Assembly: GCA_001179505.1 (NCBI GenBank)
Contig: CDMY01000457.1
Coordinates: 1 to 64,000 of the forward strand
Reading direction: 5' to 3'
DNA: 64,000 bases
Source: Vitrella brassicaformis CCMP3155
Lineage: Eukaryota > Protista > Chromerida
Shown: in pieces, positions 11,685-22,305 of the stretch
Layout of the letters: each line of letters opens with the position of its first letter
How positions within the stretch are numbered: the first letter of the stretch is position 1
Made by a program: the position numbers and the translations under genes
Notes under the pieces: generated by a model
The model's database searches: none
What the model was told of the DNA's origin: nothing
What the model saw: only the letters and a program-made list of their open reading frames with translations

Positions 11685-13502
11685 TCACGAAGCAGCCCAG
11701 CCCACAGACGCTGATGCAGATGCAGACGCAGACGCAGACGCCGCCGCGGCCTCGCCACCTGCTGAGATTGCATCAGCTGGCACAAACACGCAGCCATACG
11801 TGCCCCACTTCGTTTGCTGCGTACCTCTGCTGCCCTCTCCGCTGCCATCATCATCAAAGTCCTCAAAGTCGTCCTCCACATCGTCATCATCGCCATCGAA
11901 ATCTGCATTACACACACGGATGATAGAGAAAGGCGTCAACCATCCATCCATCCATCCATCTGTGTATGCCCCTTCCTGGTTCCGAACCGTCGTCGCCGTC
12001 CAGATCGTCGTTGTCGGAATCTGCACCACACACCAACAGCAGTGAAGACAATCCATCCATCCGTCTATCCATCCATTTCCGTGTGTCCTGTGTCCGTACC
12101 GTCGTCACTGTCATCATCCTGCGGCTGCTGTCCCGCTCCCGGTGCGCCGTCAAACAGGATGGCTGAGATGACGGGCCCCAGCACCGCACGCGCCAGCCGA
12201 GTGGACACTGGGAAGCGGTCCTTGAAGGCGGCGCCACCCACACCACACACAGCCGACTCGGTCGTGCAGATGCGGACATCCGCTGCAAAAGAATAAGAGG
12301 AGAGGACAGAGATGAGAGTGAGTGTTGTATGTATGGTGTATGGGATGGACTGACTAGCGAGGGGAGGCCTCGCCGTGGGGATGGCCACCGGATCCCCGAT
12401 AAACATCCATGCGACGAATGAGTGGCCGGCGTCGGTCAGAATGAGATGACGCCGAACTGCGGGCAGAGTGTCGGGGCAGACTGATGCGGTGGTGGTGGTG
12501 CATCCCTCCACTGGTGTGTGGGGGGACTGCGTCAGCAGGTTGTGCAGCCGGTCGTTGTCGACATGGCTAACACACACATAACATACACTCGTATGACGTG
12601 GCAATGCCCACACAGAGTGATGCCCCGCCTCACTGGTCGAGTGATTGGTTCGTTGTGGTCATCGTGTGAGTCGTCTCGAAGTGGTTGAGGGCGATGCTCT
12701 TGACCCACGACGAAACAGACGAGAAGAAAAGCTGACCCGACGGCCGCCAGCCAAAGAGGTCGGAATATGCAATGCGGCTGCCGACGGGCGGGTCGTGCTG
12801 CTGTCGGTGCTGCTGGTAGAGAAAGTCGGGAGGGAGGGGCGGGTCGACGTCGATCTCGAAGCCGTCCTCGTCCTTGACGGCCCGCAGTCTGTTGCCGTGC
12901 TGGAAAAGCTGGAAGGTCGTGTTGTTGCCGAATTGGATGTGGGGGCCGACCATCTTCAGCTGAGCCAACACACGGGGAGCGGCCAAATACGCCTGCACAC
13001 AAAATACACCAACACACCACACACCGATTAAAAGCCATCCTCTCTGCCTTCCTCCCTCCCTCCCTCCCTCCCTCGGTTGGCTTACCGCCTTGTTTGGGTA
13101 TTGGTGCAGATCGCCCGCAGTGAGCCTCACAGGCAGCTGGCAGTTGCCGCACTGCCCTGCCAGCTCAATGGCCTCGCTCGTCTCACTCCAGCCGCCCACC
13201 TCCATCACACACAGCGCCGCCAGCATGTCACCCTTGCCCATCTGCTGGTCGTCGAATGTCAGCAGCTGCTGTCCGTTGGCCGTCCGCCGCAGCCCCGCCT
13301 GTCTGCTGAGCTCATCGTCTGTTGTCCATTGGCTGAGCCGCTGCCGTAGCTGAGACGTTTGGAAGAGCCCTCTCGCCCATTTGCAGGTCTTCCTCAGCCG
13401 CAGGATGTCATTGAGACTGAGAAGGAAGAATGTGCGCCGGCCGACGAGGACGTACTCGACGGGGTGCTGCTGCTGGTTGGGATGCTGCTGGTTGGGCTGC
13501 AT
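11685..13502 (-). CDS. Lineage-expanded family protein with F-box-like N-terminal helix and acidic C-terminus; ~6 exons
   Basis: ATG 13502 (MQPNQQHP). FFLLSLNDILRLRKTCKW resembles an F-box. In-frame splice joins YPNKA|AYLAAP, LDH|HVDNDR, LAT|DVRICTTE. D/E-rich tail. Confidence 0.7.
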
Positions 13503-13625
13503 CACGACCTTCGGGACTGCCCTCCCACAACCGCGAGCTTGAAGCGGAGAGCTGACGAAGCGCTTTTTGCCTTTCCACACGCGGCTGTCCACGCTCTCAC
13601 CACGCGGAAGATCTATGATCGGCGA

Positions 13626-13666
13626 GGTCGTGATCTCCGTGGTCGTGATCTACGGAGATCACGACC
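13626..13666. repeat. Perfect 15-bp inverted repeat with nested 11-bp hairpin
   Basis: ggtcgtgatctccgt (13626-13640) and its exact reverse complement acggagatcacgacc (13652-13666), with a third ggtcgtgatct between them. Confidence 0.9.
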
Positions 13667-13778
13667 AGAAGGGTGCGTCTGTCTGTCTGATGACGATGCC
13701 TGACTGCATGGCCATCCACTTGTGTGTATGTGTGTGTGTCTGCAAGACCCAGTTGCGCGTGCCTTCGGCACGCCGGCC

Positions 13779-14005
13779 TGGACGAGGATGACCTCCTTTT
13801 GGCGCCTGATGTGTGAGCTATGGTCTAGTCCTCGACCGCCATTCCTCTCCGGCGTGATCGCAGGCAACAGATGTGAGATAGTGATATCAGTGAGTCAGTC
13901 ACTGGATGACACTTCTCCGAGTGTTCTGTGTGCAGGCTGTTGTCAATCGCCGCCCACTTCTTGTATTTGAATGTCTCATTTATCGAGGACCACGCACCAG
14001 CGGCA
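13779..14005 (+). repeat. Left arm of a ~230-bp inverted duplication (exon-intron-exon fragment of the gene at 15566-15792)
   Basis: Reverse complement of 15566-15792. Both encode WTRMTSF.RLMCELW.SPRPPFL.G.IAGNR|LLSIAA..LYLNVSFIEDHAPAA and share the same intron. Confidence 0.9.
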
Positions 14006-14176
14006 GCCATATTCCTGCGGAATGAAGATCTGCTAAGCCAGGTGAGAGCCAACGCCAACAACATGACTTCCTGCCCTACCATATTGGGTGCTGTCCTCGT
14101 GTCTGCAGATCGATTGATCGCGGTCTACGTTTTATATTTCCGAGATCAACATTATCTGAGACAGTATGAGATAGTA

Positions 14177-14262
14177 GAGATACTGCTTGTGACCATGGGC
14201 CACATCTGAACTGAGAGAGACAGTGTGCCCGAGACTGTGCGATGTGTGTCTGTGACTAATAT
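14177..14262 (+). repeat. Duplicated 3' end of NPL4 (last codons, stop and 3'UTR)
   Basis: gagatactgcttgtgaccatgggccacatctgaactgagagagacagtgtgcccgagactgtgcgatgtgtgtctgtgact matches 10544-10630. Confidence 0.85.
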
Positions 14263-15565
14263 GGTTATGTGTGCCACTGGAACATGGGACACATAGTGTC
14301 CGCCAAAAACAAAGACGCTTGGAGTCATGAAAATCGGTCAAAGCGCAAGCATTGTACGAGAGAGAAGGGCCAGACTACTGCAGAAAAGCCTTGGCGACGC
14401 AACTCAAACAAACATCGGGATATAAAATGTAGGCAACGATCAGCACTCACTCTCCCTTCTAGGGTGTGTGGTGTGGTGTGGTATGGGTCATGTGTTCCTT
14501 CGAGGGAAGGGTTATCTCCTAGTCGGTCTGGGTCTCGACATGCCATGCGCACATCTAAGGGAACATAATCATGACCAACATACGGGCACATGCAATGAGC
14601 TCCGACGTAAGTGAATGGGTCGCTTGGCTGCCTTACTGATCCTCGATTAACGTGGTGAGCCGTCCGCCTGAACGTCCTGCCTAGCCGACACGCACGGCGC
14701 AAACCTGCCCGGGTGATGGCTCTGAATTCCCCACCATCACCACCGCCCCGGTTGCCGTCACCATAGCCGTCGGCACGGGCGATAACTTGGAGGGCTGCGA
14801 CTCACTCGTGGGGCTGTCCATCTCGGGCGACAGCCCGAGGGGGAATGGGTGGCTCCTCTCGATCAATCAGGCCAGAATGAGGTGACACACACACAAAGGT
14901 CTCGGCTGCCGCAGCGTGCAGCACCTGCACAGACACACAGAGACAGGCACAGAGACACATGAGTGCGCTGCGAGTCCTTTGTGTTTCTCTTCTCTTGACC
15001 CTGCTTTGTACCTGCTGCTGCTCAAATGGATGCGATGTGGCTACAGCTACTCCAGGACCACCAAACGTCTGCATTTGGAGCCACACACGAACACCACAGC
15101 AACATCACTGACAACACCTCTGAGATCTGTGTTTCTGTTGCTATCGTACGTACCGATGCTGGTGGTGCATTGGATGGAGCAGCATGGTCATGTGCCGCAC
15201 AAGGGGCGGCTGCCGACCCATCACCACCATCGCCCCCACCATGACCATCTACGTCCATCTGCTGGCCGTTCGGCGAGGCAGTCTCGACAGCAAAGGGCAC
15301 GGGCGCCGCCCTCTCCTCCCGGCCGGCCGGCCTCAGGCACAGCTCAGGTAAAGGGCACCTGCGTCAACAACACGACAGGAGGCATGAGAAGACCAACACA
15401 AGAGCGCTCTTGAGAACGCAGGGAGGATTCACTTTGCTGCTGTCGCTTCCTTACCGCATTCGTGGCCGCCTCGGCCCCATGGCCGTCAGCACCGGGCACA
15501 CCGACATCCCTCTCGCCCACCCCACTGCCCTCTCCATCTTCCTGCCGTGGCGTCCCACCTGGCGT

Positions 15566-15792
15566 TGCCGCTGGTGCGTGGTCCTCGATAAATGAGACAT
15601 TCAAATATAAAATGTAGGCGGCGATTGACAACAGCCTGCACACAGAACACTCGGAGAAGTGTCATCAGCTGACTGACTCACTGATGTCACTATCTCACCT
15701 CTGTTGCCTGCGATCGCGCCGAAGAGGAACGGCGGTCGAGGACTAAACCATAGCTCACACATCAGGCGCAAAAAGGAGGTCATCCTCGTCCA
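15566..15792 (-). repeat. Right arm of the inverted duplication (inside the kinase-like gene)
   Basis: Matches the reverse complement of 13779-14005. Confidence 0.9.
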
Positions 15793-16134
15793 CGCCGCCT
15801 TGCCGAGCTCGACAGCGTCGCTGTAGATGGCCCAGCAGCTCATGGAGACGTCCTGGTTGGCCGGCCGACCTGACTTCCCAGACGCCTCCTTTGTCGCCTT
15901 TCACCCGTGTCCACCACTCCCACTCGTCGGGTGTGGGGTTGTAGTTCCAGCCCTCCTTGGCCGGACCGCCGTAGCTCACCACCTTGGCGTGCCCCCACTT
16001 GTACGGCACCTGGTCGGCGGGGATGTTGCTGCCGTACATCATGGGCGGGTGGGCCGGGGGCGGGGAGACCACCAGAGGTGGTGCTCGTGTGCTGGAAAGG
16101 TGGGGTGGGGTGGGGTGGGTCGTGAGTGGGGGTT

Positions 16135-16434
16135 NNNNNNNNNNNNNNNNNNNNNNNNNNNNNNNNNNNNNNNNNNNNNNNNNNNNNNNNNNNNNNNNNN
16201 NNNNNNNNNNNNNNNNNNNNNNNNNNNNNNNNNNNNNNNNNNNNNNNNNNNNNNNNNNNNNNNNNNNNNNNNNNNNNNNNNNNNNNNNNNNNNNNNNNNN
16301 NNNNNNNNNNNNNNNNNNNNNNNNNNNNNNNNNNNNNNNNNNNNNNNNNNNNNNNNNNNNNNNNNNNNNNNNNNNNNNNNNNNNNNNNNNNNNNNNNNNN
16401 NNNNNNNNNNNNNNNNNNNNNNNNNNNNNNNNNN
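16135..16434. other. Assembly gap (300 N) with the same 23-mer on both flanks
   Basis: ggggtgggtcgtgagtgggggtt at 16112-16134 and 16435-16457. Confidence 0.95.
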
Positions 16435-16971
16435 GGGGTGGGTCGTGAGTGGGGGTTGGGCTTGCGGTGGGGGTGGTCTGGGCTGCCTTGATATCCGGCA
16501 GGAGGACGGCCTTCTGGCGTGTGGCTGGTGCGATGGGGGACGGCTCGGGGTTGGGGGTGTTGGGGCCGGGTCGTGACGCGTACGCATCGATCGGCACCTC
16601 TGCAGGCTGGGGGTTTGGCGGCGGTAGTACGGGTGGCTCTGCTGGTGCTGGTGGTGACTCGGGTGAGTCGGGCATGGCGCGATACGACGCCGGGGAGGCG
16701 CCAATATCCCCTGAGGCCATGTCACTGCCGGAATTGTCAGCACCACCTGACACACACGACACATACAGACAGACAGACACAGAGAGGCGAAGAGGCAAGT
16801 GAGATGGATGGATGGATGGATGCCACACACACACAACTCATACAGCACACGTGACTCACCTGCAGCAGCAGCAGCAACATTGCCAGTCGTCTCCATCGGC
16901 TTCTCACTCACTGGTGGCAGGGCGACGGGTACCTGCAGGCTGGTGCCGTTTGCCGTGGCCTCCTTGACCTG

Positions 16972-17038
16972 GTCCAGCTCCAGCAGCTCCAGCTCCAGCT
17001 CCAGCTCCAGCAGCTCCTGCTCCAGCTCCAGTAGCTGC
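16972..17038. repeat. (CTCCAG)n coding repeat encoding an ELELEL tract on the minus strand
   Basis: Tandem ctccag/cagctc units read directly. Confidence 0.8.
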
Positions 17039-19460
17039 AGGGCCCAGACCAGCTGGTCTTCTAAGTCTGCGATGGTCCCCCGCTCGCTCTGTCTGCGCCG
17101 CAATCCCTTGGCCGCGGCGCCTCCCACGATCTGCTGCCACTGGCTGAACCACTCGAGCCCCGGGCACGCTGTGAGGACTTCCTCGGGGCGCACGGGCTCG
17201 CCTTTGCGGCAGTCGAGTGGCCGGCCGTCTTGGGTGATGATGGTGGCCGTGTAAGTGGTCCCAGTCGGCCAGCAGCAGCTCCTGGGCCGCCTGAGGCTGC
17301 TCAGCTGCCCCCAGCGCCTTGGCGTCCCTGATGGCGGTCTCCACCTCCCAGTCCGCCCTCATGACGGAGCTAATGGCCCTGGCGATGCCGGTGACGATGG
17401 TCGGCTCCCCGAGCATGAGGGCTTCCGACTTGCCCTCACCCACCAGCAGCCCCTCCGCCCTCAGCTCCTGCCGCGTTCTGTTGAGGCCGGCATTGATGCG
17501 GCCGGTGGCTCCCGCGGCCGCCTCGTCCGCCTCGTCGTCGACCGGCGGCCTTCATGGCCACCCAAATCTCGGGCGACATGTGCCAGTCCGTGCCCTTCGG
17601 AAGCTGCCCTTGGGCGGCTTGGGCGGCCTTGTCCAGGGGCAGCACGACGACGTGGGGGCCCAAGTAGGCTGGTGGTGGTGGTGCGGGGAGGGAGGGGTGA
17701 GGGGTGGGGTGAGGGTATTGGCCAGGTCCAACAGCAGCGTGCCGCCGGCCGAGTCGGACTGCTGCAGCTCACTGCTGGGGCTCCGAAGGGCGGCCTTGGA
17801 GAGCATGACGTTGTTGTGGAAATGGTCGACACAGAGTGCGTGGGGCATGGCGAGTTTGTGGGCTTTGGCGGTGCACAGGAGGGCCTTGGTGAGCATGCTG
17901 ACGCGCCTCAGCACCTCCTTCCGTGCCTGCGGGCCGATGTTGCCCTTGTCCCTCCTCGCCTTGTCGAACTGCATCACCGTGTCCTGCAGCCAGTCGCTCA
18001 TATCGCTCAACTCGATGAAGTCGTGCTCTTTATCAGCACCACCTACATATCAATCAGAAACACAAAAAGAAATGAGGATCTCGGGCATGTGCGCATCTGT
18101 TTGTGTGTGTTGTGCAAGCAAGCTCATTACCAGACACTAGCTGCATGGCTATCCACAGGGCCGGGATGGCATCCCCTCTCGTGTTGGTGTAGGTGGCGGG
18201 CGACTGCGGGTCCACCTCGGCGGCGTAGAGGTTGACGAACGGAGGCTGGCCGCCGAATTGGCGCATGCGATCAGCCTCCACGCGCAGCTCCCGCGCCACC
18301 TTGGCTGCGTCGACGACCTCCTCGGCCCTGCCCTCCCCCTGGCCGGCACCTCCCTCCCCTGGAACGCTCTCAGAGGCTGCCGCTGCCGTCTCTCTCGCCG
18401 TATCGGTGGCCGTCTGCTCCCCCGTCTCCCCGCTGCCCCTCCCCTCCTCCGACTCAGACACCTCCTCTGACGAACTGCCGCTACTGCTACTGCTGCCCTC
18501 CTCCTCGGACTCGATGTCACCCTGAGGCTCCTCCTCCTCCTCCTCCTCCACCACCACCTCGCCGCATCCGGCGCTGTCCTCCTTGGACTCGTCGTCGTCG
18601 GCGTCATGCCGTAGCCGCCCTATCTTGAAGGCCACCTGGTCCCCACCGCTGCCGTCCTCGCGCGGCAGAACGCCCTTGAGGACGAGTGCCGTCCCGCCGC
18701 TCCCCAGCTCCTCCTTGGCCTTATCATCAAACAAGATTGTGCGGGCGGTGGGCCCTTGGCCGATGACCAGCTTGGCTGACATCGCTCTTTCCTCTTCAAC
18801 GCTCGCCAACGGCTTCTTCAAAATCGCTGCGAGGATCGCTGCCAAACGAGGTGATGGAGAGGAATGAGGCAGACGAATCGTAATTTCGAAAAGAAATTTG
18901 TCCCGTCTCGCGTTCTCGCCGTCGCATTAATTCTCGCCGGCAGGAGGAGAAATACGAGTCCAACCTGTAAACACGCCTCCCTCTCCTAGCGGTTCTCTCT
19001 CTCGCTCACATTGGCAGCGTGTGTGTGTTGTCGCGGCACTTTCAGCCCCTTCGGCACTCTCAGTCGCCCCGCATCTGCTAAATCCCTCCGTTGCGGTGCT
19101 CTGATGAGGCCTTGCACAGTGCATTTCATGACAGACCGACAAACTCTGCCGTCCACACACTCTGCGTCACGCACGTTCCAATTCGCGCGAGAGAGCGAGA
19201 GAAAATCGGCCAGTCGCGAGAGCTCTTCTGAGGGAGGGGGAGAGAGGCAGATGCACCCATTCATGGAGCTGCAGCCATATGGAAGATGACATCTACGCCT
19301 TCTTTCACTACAGTCCCCCATGGAAGATGTATAGAAGGAGTACGTATGTACAAATCGAGCCCGTACACGCCCACGCCCAGCAACCACATGAGTGCATCCA
19401 TCCATCCAGCCAGCCATGCAGAGGGGGGTGTGTATGAAGAAGGAGGGGAGACCAGGCCAG

Positions 19461-20113
19461 TCAGTTGGTGCCTTCACTGCACGTCGGGGCCTGCTCTGCA
19501 CTCATCCGTGTGTGGCACTCGTACATGGCCTGCTGCAGGTCAGGCGTGGCCTGCTCAATGGCCTGGAGATAGCGGCTCTCGTACCCGCCAAAGTCGCTCT
19601 CGTACCCGGGGCTGGTGAGGTCGTACTTGAGCTTGTCGTCCTTGTGCAGAAGCTTGTTGGCCTCACGCATAGCCCTCTCGCCCGCTGTTACCGTCTGCAC
19701 GAGAGGGACACATACACATCGCACAAAGATGGAAATGCCGTTCATGCCCGTGGCTCACTGCTCACCGATGCTCTGCGCAGCTGGTAGATGCATTTGGCTG
19801 CGTCGGCCTGGATGCTCCTCACCATCATCCTGGCGACGCACTCCTCAGTGCTTGCACAGTCTGACTCTGAGGGAATCAGACTACCCAAAACCTGCCAAAA
19901 CCTGGCTATTGATGAACGGCCGGCGGCCCTCGGAACGGCACACCCGCCCTGATGACCGCTGCGTGGCCCTATGTCGGCAATCGACTCGCCGTGGTTGACG
20001 GACAGCTGCTGCTGGTGGTGGTCCTCATGTGTAAGTGTATGATCAGGGATGCTGTCTGCTGGGCTGTCTGCCGTCGTGCCGCTGGCGGCGAGTCCATGTG
20101 AATCGGCCTCCAT
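19461..20113 (-). CDS. Short two-exon gene sharing the RING-family N-terminus and 5' module but with an unrelated C-terminus
   Basis: ATG 20113 MEADSHGLAASGTTADS matches MDADSEGLAASGRTADS of copy 1. Phase-0 join RRAS|TVTAGERAM. Stop at 19461. Confidence 0.6.
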
Positions 20114-20440
20114 GGGCACAAGCGCTCAGGCGGCTATCTACCTGCATGACTCAACGCCAAAACAGATGCACACACATATGACAAGAGAGGTCCTTGCGCT
20201 CAGAAAGGGACGACACTTACAGTAGTCTGTGCGGCCGTCAAGTGGAAGATCTCGGACACAATCCGTCAGAAGGCAACCACCACAGCTGCGCAAAGGCGTT
20301 CCTGCCGTATCGCCAACGAAAAACTCGCGGATTGCCGTATCAGCCAACAGCAATGGTTTGGGGCTGTTTTTCCGTCAATTTGCTGGGGGCGTCTCTCTCT
20401 TCCAAGGGTTGTCTCTCAGCTGTTAGTTGTGTTTCTCGCC

Positions 20441-21930
20441 ATGAACAAGTTACCAGAAGAACGCTTTGACGTCCTGTGTGGCTTTCTTGAGCCGCAAGAG
20501 ACAGCTTTTGTTCCGTGCGTGAGCAAAGCGGTACACACCACAATCACGGTGGCTGTGCCGGGGTATCGTATGCGGCGCTTCATCGAGGCTCACCGCGTGA
20601 GAGCTGTGCTGGCCGTGCGGGAGCCCCGCCTGCGCTCAGCCCGCAAGAAACTGACGCCGCTCCTGTACATGCTCGAGAATGCCGGCAACATTATCAGCTG
20701 GCAGCAGGTAATACATGCCCTTTCACCGCATGCATGGCATTGCATACACGCATCCCATCACATGTGTGCGCCTTTGTGTGTCTGTAGGTGCTGATATATG
20801 CCTACGTATGCGGCAGGGTGAAGGAGGTGCCGGTCAAGGTCGGTGAGGACGTGGCCGGGGCAGTGGACAAAGCTGCCTTTGACCGCCGCCCCAAGAGCAT
20901 GCGGCAGCTGTCCCTCTTCAGCCACCATCTGAAGCCGACAAACCACATGCTGCTGACGCCCAAGAAGCTGCCGGGGGGCGGGGTGGGGGAGACGAAGGAC
21001 CGGCTAGGGAGGGATTTCGTTACGGTGTACGCGGCGCCCATCCCCGGCGCTAATCATCGGGACCCCCAGCAACTTGACGACCAGAATCGGCCGCACCTAT
21101 CACCCTCGCACCCGTTCAGCGGCATTCGCCCACTTGTGGGTCCGTGTCTCCTGCCTTTTGAGGAGAACGACCCGCCCGTCGAAGGTAATGTGACGCATTC
21201 AAATGCGACAGGCCTACCTCCTCGGGTTCATGTGCATTCGATGGCTGCCTGCCTGCAGTTGGAGGCGATGACTTTCTCGGAATTCAGAGCGCTGTCGTCC
21301 ATCGGTGGGCAATTGTCGGTGGGCGGGAGACGCCAGCCGAAATACACAGGCGAAATGCAATGAATGTTGTCTGCGCGTGTGCAGGGTGCAGCAGCACTCC
21401 CGCTTCCGTGAGATCTTGACCAGTCCTCACAACAGAACCTCTGTAGGGTTCGCCCGCACACACGCGCTGATAATCAGGTGTGCAGAGGCACGCACAATAC
21501 GCCTGAGGATGCGTGTGAGGATGTGCGCCAGATGTGTGTCTTGATGTATGTATGCAATGCATATGCAGAATCCGGCAGTGCCTTTCTGGGGCTCACAGCG
21601 CCTGACCTCGACCCGCCGGTGGGCGCATCCCGGGCAGGTAAATCTATTATTCGTCGGTCTGCCAAGAACTAACGAGCCAGGACGTCGCATGACGCGCACC
21701 ATTGTCATGGGGGCGCCACGGACCCCGAGGAGCCCTTCGCATGCTACATCGAGCTGACGACGACAGACAACCTGACGGCCCACGACAGCAGCGTGGCCAA
21801 AGTCTATACGACTGAGCTCCCGCAGCCCAACGCTGGTCACGGCGGGCTGGCAGGCGCCTATGCGCAAACGGTGGCTCTGGTGCGACAGGCACTTGGCCTG
21901 CAGGACGCACACGCAATCCTGCGGCTGTGA
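20441..21930 (+). CDS. Lineage-expanded F-box-like family protein, probably frameshifted near the 3' end
   Basis: MNKLPEERFDVLCGFLEPQETAFV is F-box-like. WQQ|VLIYAY join is in frame. The C-terminal frame GATDPEEPFACYIEL...VYTTELP...QTVALVRQALG needs a shift at a G5 run near 21709. Confidence 0.55.
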
Positions 21931-22305
21931 TGGACGAGAGAGAGGGAGGGAGAGGGAGAGGGAAGCAGACTGCGGATTGCGGGGGTACTGACTGTTGCGT
22001 GTTGATCTTGATGATGGACATGCCTGCATGCATGAGTGATCTGAAGTGATACCCATCAAATCACGCTCAACTCAAACCTCTAATCCCGACCGCACAGGCA
22101 CGCTCCATTGCCTTGTCTCGTTGGGCTGTGGTGGTGTGCGTCGTCGCCAAGATGCATTGGCAGGGCCACACGAGTAGTCAATGCGATTCCGCCATCGATT
22201 CACTAGGTTGACATGAACCACACGCCCATACTTTGTGTCTCCCCCGTGCCCATTCACACTTCCATCGATCCATCGGGCAATCCATCCATCAATTCACACA
22301 TCCAT

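Larger units (their letters stand above)
14681..18782 (-). pseudogene. Divergent eukaryotic protein kinase with Pro-rich tail, interrupted by at least 4 frameshifts (pseudogene or assembly errors)
   Basis: G-loop ELGSGGTALV, VAFK, alphaC E, hinge LWIAMQLVSG, catalytic loop CVDHFHNNVML, DLA, GTDWHMSPEIW and subdomain XI LRRRQSERGT are spread over different frames. Shifts near 17690, 17545, 17250 and 15895. The 3' end is uncertain. Confidence 0.7.

Noticed and set aside
11960-11990. Possible GC donor in the first F-box-like gene
   Set aside because: A canonical in-phase GT donor (gacg|gttcgg) exists a few codons upstream.
13610-13670. CRISPR-like short palindromic repeats
   Set aside because: Only three partial units with no unique spacers, no cas genes, and a eukaryotic context.
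15755-17193. Long ORFs spanning the N gap taken at face value (also 58483-59699)
   Set aside because: Their lengths depend on the arbitrary 300-N fill; frame across the gap is unknown.
17240-17700. Programmed ribosomal frameshifting or stop readthrough in the kinase
   Set aside because: Several shifts in different directions, with no canonical slippery heptamer or stimulatory structure seen; decay or sequencing error is simpler.
17255-18235. Plus-strand ORFs of 326 and 273 aa
   Set aside because: Antisense to the kinase domain and without motifs.
21427-22059. 210-aa minus-strand ORF
   Set aside because: Antisense to the F-box-like gene tail and intergenic repeats; no motifs.
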